Positions 56,459-64,000 of a stretch of 64,000 nt of DNA are shown here, piece by piece. A program made the translations under genes and the position numbers. Source of the DNA: a virus. Each line of letters starts with the position of its first letter. The stretch's first letter is position 1. The DNA is taken from IMG/VR virus record IMGVR_UViG_3300047369_000650, positions 1 to 64,000 of that record; one strand, given 5' to 3'. The notes beneath the pieces were generated by a model that saw only the letters and a program-made list of their open reading frames with translations, searched no databases and was not told the DNA's origin.

Positions 56459-59400
56459 ATGTCAATAAGTGACAATCAAAAGTTAGACTTTCTGTGGAAA
56501 AAGCTCGGTTACGGAGCAACTAAGACAGACGTTAATTCCGTTAAGACCGCTACAAACGAGTCTATTCCAAGCCCGCTTCTTTTAAGCGGAACAGGTCTTT
56601 GGACAGATGCATATCAAATTCCAACTCTAATACCAAGCGCAAGTAGCCATATTGTTGAAATTTATGATGATACTGGTAATGGCTCCACTACTGTAGAAAC
56701 AGTAGAAGATACAACAGCAACACCAAATAGAACATGGAAAACAGGTTTAACCAATTGGATTCCACCACAGTTTGGATCTACTTATGCAATAAAAGTTTAT
56801 ATTGCTCCTACAGGTACTGCGGATCCTCAGACTTCAGGAACAAGAATTTTTGCTGCAGGTTCTGGTAATAACGATGAATTTTTCTTTGATTATCAGTCTG
56901 GTGTTCTTAATTTTATTGGTACAAATCTTCCATCTGGTATAGACGGTAATGAAATATTTATTGTTGGTGGTAGATATATCGGTAAAACTGGTAATAGATT
57001 TACTGCTCTTTATGCAGATTCAGCTGATATTGGTCATGCATTTATTGATTCAGCCGATATTGATATGGCTGACATTATTACTGCCTATATTGATAGTGCA
57101 GATATTTTACATGCGATTATTGATTCAGCGGATATTACTCTTGCTAAAATTACAAATGCAACTATTGACTCTGCTTATATAAAATATGCCGATATAGATC
57201 ATACAGATATTGATTCTGCTGATATCACTTTAGCCGATATTATAACTGCAAATATTACAACTGCTAACATAAACTATGCAGATATTGATTCCGCTGACAT
57301 AGATTTAGCTAAGATTATAACTGCAAATATTGATTCCGCTGATATAGGGCACGCTTATATTGATAGTGCTGAAATTGGTGTTTTAAATATTACTGGACAA
57401 ATAAATGGTCCACAAGATTTTATTATTGATCCTGCTGCTGTTGGTGATAACACTGGTAGAGTTATTATTAAAGGTGATCTACAAGTAGATGGTACTGAAA
57501 CAATTGTTAATTCTACTACTGTTACTATTAATGATAAAAACATTGTTCTTGCAGATTCAGCTCAAGATTCAAGTCAAGCCGATGGGGCTGGTATTACAGT
57601 ATTTGCAGCTAATGCCAAAATAACATATGAAGCAGCTCAAGATCGTTGGGTATTTAATAAAGATATTGATGCTCCAGCAATATATGCTGATAGTGGTATT
57701 ATAACATATCTCACGTCAACGTATGGAACAATTCAATATTTAACAAGCGATAGTGCTACTATAGGCAATATTACTTCAACAAACATTGATACTGTTAATC
57801 TTGATGCTGATAGTGGTACAGTCACTAACTTATATTCATCAACAGGAGTAATAGTTAATCTTACTTCATCTAATGGCGTTATAACTGTTCTTGCCTCAAA
57901 TTATGCAGATATTGATTCAGCTGATATAGATCAAGCAAGAATTTTAAAAGCAACCATTGATTCGGCTGGAATAGAATATGCTGATGTCGACAGTGCCGAT
58001 ATTGATGTACTTCGTGTTAAAGAGTTAACAGTAGATAGATTATATGCAGGATATGCAGATATTGATTCTGCTGACATAGATGTTCTTAGATCACTACAGA
58101 TTTCTGTAGATAGTGCAGGTATTAAATATGCAGATATTGATTCTGCTGATATTGAATTGGCTAAAATTGTTGGTCTTAATGCAGATAGTGCTAATATCAC
58201 AAACCTTACAGCTTTTGATGCAGATGTAACAGATTTATTTGCTAATCAAGGTGTTATAACAACACTTATATCACATTTTGCAGATATTGATTCGGCTGAA
58301 ATTGAGATTGCTAAAATTACAGGATTAACTGCTGATAGCGCCCATGTAACAGGTAATCTAACAGTTGGTGGTGATCTTACTGTAGCAGGTAATGCCACCA
58401 TTAGATCCGATGTTGGTGGAAATATTTATCTTGGTGATAGTAATGAAGATAATATTGTATTTAGCGGCGACATTAATTCTCATCTAATACCTAATACAAC
58501 TGAAACATTTAATCTTGGTAGTTTAGATAAAAGATGGAGAGACTTATATCTCTCTGGTCAGTCGATTTATTTAGGTGGGTTAATACTAAAAGAGTCAGAC
58601 GGTAAATTTGTAATTTATGATTCCGCTGGTAATCTTACTGACATTTTAGCTAAAGATATAACTGCTCAAACTTTAAATATTTCAGACAGTGCTTTTATCC
58701 AAAGATTTAGTGCCGATAGCGCAGTTATTCAATATCTAAAAGTTGGTCAAAGCTTAACTGTTACTGGCGATGGACTACAGTCAAATCAAATTACAACAGA
58801 TAGACTAAATGCGGGATTTGCTGATATAGATTCGGCAGAGATTGATGTTTTAAGAACTGGTAATCTAACAATAAGCGGAGACGGTATTACAACTCCATAT
58901 ATTAGTGCAGACTCTGCTGATATTGGTGTTTTAAGAATTGACTCTGGTAATTTTGAACATGTTATTATTGACTCAGCCGATATTAATGGAGCTTATATTG
59001 ATTCGGCAACAATAAGAAATTTATATATTAGTGGATCACTTTCTGGCGTAGGATTATCTGGGTTCATTCCTACCGCTGTTGGTGTAATGGATGCAAACGG
59101 TAGTTTAACTTCAGATTCGGGTTTAACATATAATGTAGATACAAATGATCTTACCGTACAAAATAATGTAATTGCAAAAGATGTAAAAATAACATCACTT
59201 TATCCGGGTTATATTTTAACTTCAGGTGCTAATGATTCAGTTGGTTTTACTGAAGGTCTTAAGTATGGTAATCATACTAGTGATATTATATCAAACGATG
59301 GTTTTGCTACATCTTTCCAAAAACTATATGATTCAGGATATTATAGATTTAATATCGATGATAATACTGGTAAACTTATTAATACGGGTGATGTACAACT

Positions 59401-62400
59401 TGGAAGATTTACAGATGCCGAGTTTGGAACATATTATGCACCATCATCTTGGACACTGCCAACCAATATTTCCGCACCAAGAGATTTTTATGGTTTAGAA
59501 ATATTTACTGATTCGGCTAAACTTGTATCAACTGCTCATACTAATATTTTTAAATCATCATTAAATAAAGATGGTATTGGTGCAGATTCAAATATAATTG
59601 AAGTATTAAGTCGTGAAGATAGTACACTCTTTGAAGTAAGAAAAGACGGATCTATAAACTTTACCGGAGATATCTATAAAAATGGCGACGTGTTTACTGG
59701 TGGTGGCATCTTTATTAAAGATGAGCCAAGTGGAGATGCAGCATATAATGTAGATCCTAGCAATGTAACTGATACAGTAGCTTTAGCACTTAAACTAACC
59801 GATGGTGTTACACCGTATGCTTATGGTAGAGTTGCTATAGGCACAGACACTCCAAAATATAAACTAGATGTTGTTGGTGATATATCTGTTAGAGGTCAAA
59901 TTGATTCTAACGTAAACTGGGCCGTATTAAAAGCTGGAGCAATTGCTCCGACATTTGATGAGTTTGTGGATGAAAGTGATGGTTCCAGATTTAGTTATAT
60001 AACACCGATTGGTGCAACTAGAGGTGGTTATTTTAGAGGTGGCTTAAATGGAGACTATCATTCTAATAATATAGGTCTATTCTCTACAGCATTCGGCGAG
60101 GCAACTAGAGCTGCTGGAATTGCATCATTTGCTGTTGGTTCTTTAACAGAAGCTGGTGGTAATTATTCAATAGCATTAGGTAAAAATGCTAGAACAAATG
60201 GTGCAAATACTGGTGCTATTCTTATAGGTACTGATGCTACTGTTGATTCTTCTACTGCGGCAGGGTCTTCTAATTATTCAATTGGTATAGGTTATGATGT
60301 TACCGTATTTGGTACTAATGCATTAGCCATAGGTGCTGAAAATTCAACAAATGGTAATCAGTCAGGTACATTTGGTTATAATAATAATATAGGCACTTCT
60401 TCAAGTAGAACTGCAACTGCTGGTTCATATGCAATAGGTACAGGAAATACGGTAGAAGCTGCTGGTTCATATACAATAGGTAGTAACAATACTCTAAAAG
60501 GTAATCCATCATTTGCCTTTGGTGGAGCCAATGTTGTTGAAGGCGCCAATGCATTCTCGATAGGTATACAAAATTCAGTATATGGACCTAGTGGTATTGC
60601 TATAGGTACTGATATTAGAATCGATTCAAGTGCATCAAATGCTATCGGCATCAACTTAAATGCCTCAAACTCTATGAATGTTGCTGATCCAAGAATTTTA
60701 AGTATTCAAAATGGTAACGTAATTATTGGAGACTCCGCTCAAAAATTTAGTAATGATGATGGTAATCTTTATGTTAAAGGTGATATTATTCTTGCCGGTG
60801 AAGTTCTTCAAGAAGGAGCTCCAGGTGTTTTCCAAAGTACAACACCATTTGTTGATGGCGGCACTGAAGTAACCTATCAAGTTTTAGATCCTGAAGGAGT
60901 ACCAAAGCCATTAGGTATTAACAAAGAGCCATCTTTCTCTTTGGATGTTGCAGCACAAGATGGTTTTGCAGTGTCTGGTATTACAGATGGTGCATTTACT
61001 ATAGCAGATAGCGCTCTAATTGATTCAGCACCATTTGTTGGTGGCGCCGATCAAAACTTCTTAGTATATCTTCCAGCACTAGAAGCCTTTAGAGTTGGTA
61101 AATTTACAGACTATGAAGAACAGCTTGCAAATGATAAAATAGGTCTAGGTTCTATTGCACTAGGGAAAGATAATTCAGTATCTGGTCTCTATAGTACTGC
61201 ATTAGGTAATAATAATACAATACCTAGAGGTGGAGATGCTTCACTCACTAGCACTAAGGGTAGTTATATAACATTCTTAGGCAATAATAATATATTTGAT
61301 AGTGAAGCTATTGGATCTAATAATTATGTTTTAGGTGAAGATAATATTATAAAAGGCACTACCACAGACACAGTCTTAATCGGTAGAAATATTACGGCTA
61401 CTGATCTTACTCGCCAAATTATAATGAAAACAGCAAATGCGGGCGATAGTGCACTTGATAATACTAAAGTTGCAATCGGTAAAGATTCCGCTACATATGC
61501 ACTTGATGTTCGTGGTACAATTAGAGTTGATAGTGGTGCTACAATGTACTTCGGCTCTAAAACAATTCAAGATTATCTTGGGTTTGGTGTTCCGCAACCA
61601 GTAGGAGCAGGTTTTGGCTCGGGCACTGCGATCGCAAATGGAATTGATTCCATACAGTTTGATCATACTATTGATGCCATTAATAATGTAGCAAGAGTTA
61701 AAGTACCATATGATCATCAGTTATATATTGATCCAACTATGGCACCAGACTTAACGAAAGCCATACAACTTGATAACATTCTTCTAACTGAACTAACTAC
61801 AAAATCTGGTAACGATTTAGATACAATTTTCTATTTTGCCGATCCTATTGACTCATTCCAGTTTGCATTACGCAGGGATTCACATGAGGGCCCACCAGTT
61901 ATATCTACTGGTACAATAGATAGTAATATTTCTATTGTTGATGGATTTGATTTCGGAGATAGTGGCGACTTAATTATTGTTCCATATACTGCTCCTAGAA
62001 TTATTAGCCCAGATTTAAATGTTGCTGGTAATCTTGTTGTTGGTGGAGACGGAACAAATCTTAGAGTTGATTCGAATGGTGTCTCATTTAATAATGATCT
62101 AGCATTTACAAGTAAAAAAGGTGGTACATCATTTAGATTTGATTCTGCTGGTATTACGGTTGGCGGTAGTTTTGCTCTAGGCGGTAATAGTGTTACTATT
62201 GGAGGTTTATCTTTTGATAGCCATGTTATTAGACCTGGTAACTTACTAACCAATTTTATAGATACAGACTATGTTCAAGAAAGACTCTCCGTTGATGCAA
62301 ATTGGGTTGTTAAATCCGATGCCTTAGTTTATAATCCGTCAGGTATTAAGAAAATAATATTAGGTGGTCTTGGTGTAGGAGATTTAACATCTACTCAACT

Positions 62401-64000
62401 TCTTGAGCATAGCTTTGCAACTGATGTAAGAGGTAACGGTAAAGCACCATTAGTATTTAAAGAAACTACTGGTAAAGCTATTGATGATGCTTTAGGTCAA
62501 AGCCCGATTAATATTATTAATAGTGCGGGTGTTGCAAGAGCTTGGCCAAATGCAGATTATCTTTCAAATATTATTGATCCAACATATATCAACAGTAGAG
62601 TCGTAATTGATGGTAATACGATTGCTAACTTTATAGATGATACCTATGTTAAAAGTATTGTTGATAGTGCATATATTCTTTCTGCAGCAAATGATAGTTC
62701 AGAGTGGCAAAGAACTAGTGATACACTATTCTTCGGTACTTATCCAAATGTACAAAATGTTAAAGTCGGTATTGGAACAGATAATCCACAAACTAAATTT
62801 CATGTTACAGGTGTCGGTAGATTTGATAGTGGATTAACAGTAACTGGTGGACCAGTTAATATATCTGGAACACAAATTACTGTTGATAGTGATTATTTCT
62901 ATCAGATTACTCCATCAATTCTTACAGATAATATTGTAACAATTAATAATGGTACACTACTTACATTCTTGAATAATGATACGGATTCACAGTTTGTTAC
63001 TTATACTATGGGCGGCGAAGATGAAAGATTTATTGATGTATATAGAACAGATAGTTTAGGTGCAACTCAAGCAGTATCGCCTTTAGACTATGAAATTATA
63101 GGTTCTTCCTTTATTATTAATAGATCAGCAGTTGATTCGGCTGATAGTGATCTTAATTTAAACTTTAGAACATTACCATCAAATATAGTATTCTCTGGAG
63201 CTGATCTTAACGGCGATACTCTTAATATTAATACAACATACAGTAGTGGTGTTCTTTTAGATTCACAACAGAATCCGAAAGCTGGTTATGGCGGAACATT
63301 TACTGCAGTTAATTCTGGACAAGTAAGTTTTACTGATCATAGTTCATTACAATTAGGTGATGTATTTAGAGTTGATGATAAATCTCCTAAGATTACAACA
63401 TCACTATCTCTAACTGGTCCTACATCATTAACTGGCAATCTAACAGTTAATAATGGTTATGCAACAACTCTTGATACTTTAATTGCTAATTCTATCACAT
63501 CGTCTTTAACTACATTTACGGGTCCTGTGGTTGTAGATAGTTCTACAGTATCATTTACCTTTGACTCAAATGTCACAATGTACTATGGCCCTGGTAGTTT
63601 ATCATTTGATTCAAATATTGAAAGAATTGTTGATTCAAATTATATCGGTAATAGACTTCAGGGAATCTGGAGTTTTAATAATGATGCTTATGGTAATCAG
63701 CAGATTTATTATGATGATGGTGGTGCAGTTGTTATCGGCGAACCAGAAGATATGGTTGCTGGAGACAGTGATACTAAGCTATTTGTAAAAAGTGGCAATG
63801 TTATCTTTAGACATGGTGATTGGGATAGCGCAAATGTTGCGGTAACAACTCCTGGAGTGATTCCTGATTTTAGTACAAATACAAGATACGGCGATAATGC
63901 TGGTGCTAGACTTATGTGGATTCCACAACGTGGAGCATTTAGAGTTGGCGCAGTAGACGGTGTTGATGTAGATTGGGGCGATGAAGAAGTAGGAAGAGCA
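56459..64000 (+). CDS. Giant fibre/adhesin, at least 2514 aa, open to the window end (absent from ORF track)
   Basis: ATG 56459 (MSISDNQKLDFLWKKLGYG); spot translations at 57-59, 62.2-62.7, 63.6 kb and the last codons are in the same frame; no same-frame stop-terminated ORF is listed. Confidence 0.85.
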   Translation, partial: MSISDNQKLDFLWKKLGYGATKTDVNSVKTATNESIPSPLLLSGTGLWTDAYQIPTLIPSASSHIVEIYDDTGNGSTTVETVEDTTATPNRTWKTGLTNWIPPQFGSTYAIKVYIAPTGTADPQTSGTRIFAAGSGNNDEFFFDYQSGVLNFIGTNLPSGIDGNEIFIVGGRYIGKTGNRFTALYADSADIGHAFIDSADIDMADIITAYIDSADILHAIIDSADITLAKITNATIDSAYIKYADIDHTDIDSADITLADIITANITTANINYADIDSADIDLAKIITANIDSADIGHAYIDSAEIGVLNITGQINGPQDFIIDPAAVGDNTGRVIIKGDLQVDGTETIVNSTTVTINDKNIVLADSAQDSSQADGAGITVFAANAKITYEAAQDRWVFNKDIDAPAIYADSGIITYLTSTYGTIQYLTSDSATIGNITSTNIDTVNLDADSGTVTNLYSSTGVIVNLTSSNGVITVLASNYADIDSADIDQARILKATIDSAGIEYADVDSADIDVLRVKELTVDRLYAGYADIDSADIDVLRSLQISVDSAGIKYADIDSADIELAKIVGLNADSANITNLTAFDADVTDLFANQGVITTLISHFADIDSAEIEIAKITGLTADSAHVTGNLTVGGDLTVAGNATIRSDVGGNIYLGDSNEDNIVFSGDINSHLIPNTTETFNLGSLDKRWRDLYLSGQSIYLGGLILKESDGKFVIYDSAGNLTDILAKDITAQTLNISDSAFIQRFSADSAVIQYLKVGQSLTVTGDGLQSNQITTDRLNAGFADIDSAEIDVLRTGNLTISGDGITTPYISADSADIGVLRIDSGNFEHVIIDSADINGAYIDSATIRNLYISGSLSGVGLSGFIPTAVGVMDANGSLTSDSGLTYNVDTNDLTVQNNVIAKDVKITSLYPGYILTSGANDSVGFTEGLKYGNHTSDIISNDGFATSFQKLYDSGYYRFNIDDNTGKLINTGDVQLGRFTDAEFGTYYAPSSWTLPTNISAPRDFYGLEIFTDSAKLVSTAHTNIFKSSLNKDGIGADSNIIEVLSREDSTLFEVRKDGSINFTGDIYKNGDVFTGGGIFIKDEPSGDAAYNVDPSNVTDTVALALKLTDGVTPYAYGRVAIGTDTPKYKLDVVGDISVRGQIDSNVNWAVLKAGAIAPTFDEFVDESDGSRFSYITPIGATRGGYFRGGLNGDYHSNNIGLFSTAFGEATRAAGIASFAVGSLTEAGGNYSIALGKNARTNGANTGAILIGTDATVDSSTAAGSSNYSIGIGYDVTVFGTNALAIGAENSTNGNQSGTFGYNNNIGTSSSRTATAGSYAIGTGNTVEAAGSYTIGSNNTLKGNPSFAFGGANVVEGANAFSIGIQNSVYGPSGIAIGTDIRIDSSASNAIGINLNASNSMNVADPRILSIQNGNVIIGDSAQKFSNDDGNLYVKGDIILAGEVLQEGAPGVFQSTTPFVDGGTEVTYQVLDPEGVPKPLGINKEPSFSLDVAAQDGFAVSGITDGAFTIADSALIDSAPFVGGADQNFLVYLPALEAFRVGKFTDYEEQLANDKIGLGSIALGKDNSVSGLYSTALGNNNTIPRGGDASLTSTKGSYITFLGNNNIFDSEAIGSNNYVLGEDNIIKGTTTDTVLIGRNITATDLTRQIIMKTANAGDSALDNTKVAIGKDSATYALDVRGTIRVDSGATMYFGSKTIQDYLGFGVPQPVGAGFGSGTAIANGIDSIQFDHTIDAINNVARVKVPYDHQLYIDPTMAPDLTKAIQLDNILLTELTTKSGNDLDTIFYFADPIDSFQFALRRDSHEGPPVISTGTIDSNISIVDGFDFGDSGDLIIVPYTAPRIISPDLNVAGNLVVGGDGTNLRVDSNGVSFNNDLAFTSKKGGTSFRFDSAGITVGGSFALGGNSVTIGGLSFDSHVIRPGNLLTNFIDTDYVQERLSVDANWVVKSDALVYNPSGIKKIILGGLGVGDLTSTQLLEHSFATDVRGNGKAPLVFKETTGKAIDDALGQSPINIINSAGVARAWPNADYLSNIIDPTYINSRVVIDGNTIANFIDDTYVKSIVDSAYILSAANDSSEWQRTSDTLFFGTYPNVQNVKVGIGTDNPQTKFHVTGVGRFDSGLTVTGGPVNISGTQITVDSDYFYQITPSILTDNIVTINNGTLLTFLNNDTDSQFVTYTMGGEDERFIDVYRTDSLGATQAVSPLDYEIIGSSFIINRSAVDSADSDLNLNFRTLPSNIVFSGADLNGDTLNINTTYSSGVLLDSQQNPKAGYGGTFTAVNSGQVSFTDHSSLQLGDVFRVDDKSPKITTSLSLTGPTSLTGNLTVNNGYATTLDTLIANSITSSLTTFTGPVVVDSSTVSFTFDSNVTMYYGPGSLSFDSNIERIVDSNYIGNRLQGIWSFNNDAYGNQQIYYDDGGAVVIGEPEDMVAGDSDTKLFVKSGNVIFRHGDWDSANVAVTTPGVIPDFSTNTRYGDNAGARLMWIPQRGAFRVGAVDGVDVDWGDEEVGRA
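57005..59010 (+). repeat. Imperfect (A/Y)xIDSA(D/E)I pentapeptide-period repeats in the giant ORF
   Basis: e.g. YADSADIGHAFIDSADIDMADIITAYIDSADI; recurrent gattc(a/g/t)gc codons. Confidence 0.75.

Noticed and set aside
57005-59010. Dense GANTC cluster as an epigenetic element
   Set aside because: Explained by Asp-Ser codons (GAT TCN) of the protein repeat

Overview
A 64 kb, AT-rich segment of a T4-like (Tevenvirinae/Kyanoviridae-like) myovirus genome. The gene content (phoH, mazG, LamG/FG-GAP adhesins) suggests an aquatic phage, probably with a Gram-negative, possibly alphaproteobacterial, host. Layout: (i) 1-6457, an array of modular adhesin-like virion proteins sharing one N-terminal module; (ii) 6.5-22.8 kb, early/middle genes: an RNR with class Id signature, GIY-YIG nuclease, SNase, RNase H, DenV-like glycosylase, PhoH, glutaredoxin, GH19 endolysin, MazG, exonuclease, gp33 and gp32, driven by at least 9 sigma70-like TTTACA-N17-TAnnnT promoters; (iii) 22.8-27.3 kb, a minus-strand block (tape measure, gp51, gp26, gp54-like, gp2, gp4); (iv) 27.4-64 kb, baseplate genes (gp48, 53, 27-like, split gp5, 25, 6, 7, 8, DUF4815) and fibre genes, ending in a >2500 aa ORF missing from the ORF track. 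Late genes carry TATAAATA promoters. Best leads: three early promoters with an identical GANTC-containing element (AGAATCGGAA) exactly 13 nt after the -10 box (possible CcrM/GcrA hijack); a ~190 nt structured RNA whose 19 bp closing helix hides the mazG Shine-Dalgarno and competes with an alternative hairpin; an orphan leftward promoter with a small hairpin RNA next to nrdB; a class Id (Mn) RNR; and gp5 split around an amidase gene. All assignments come from motif recognition by eye; no database searches were run.
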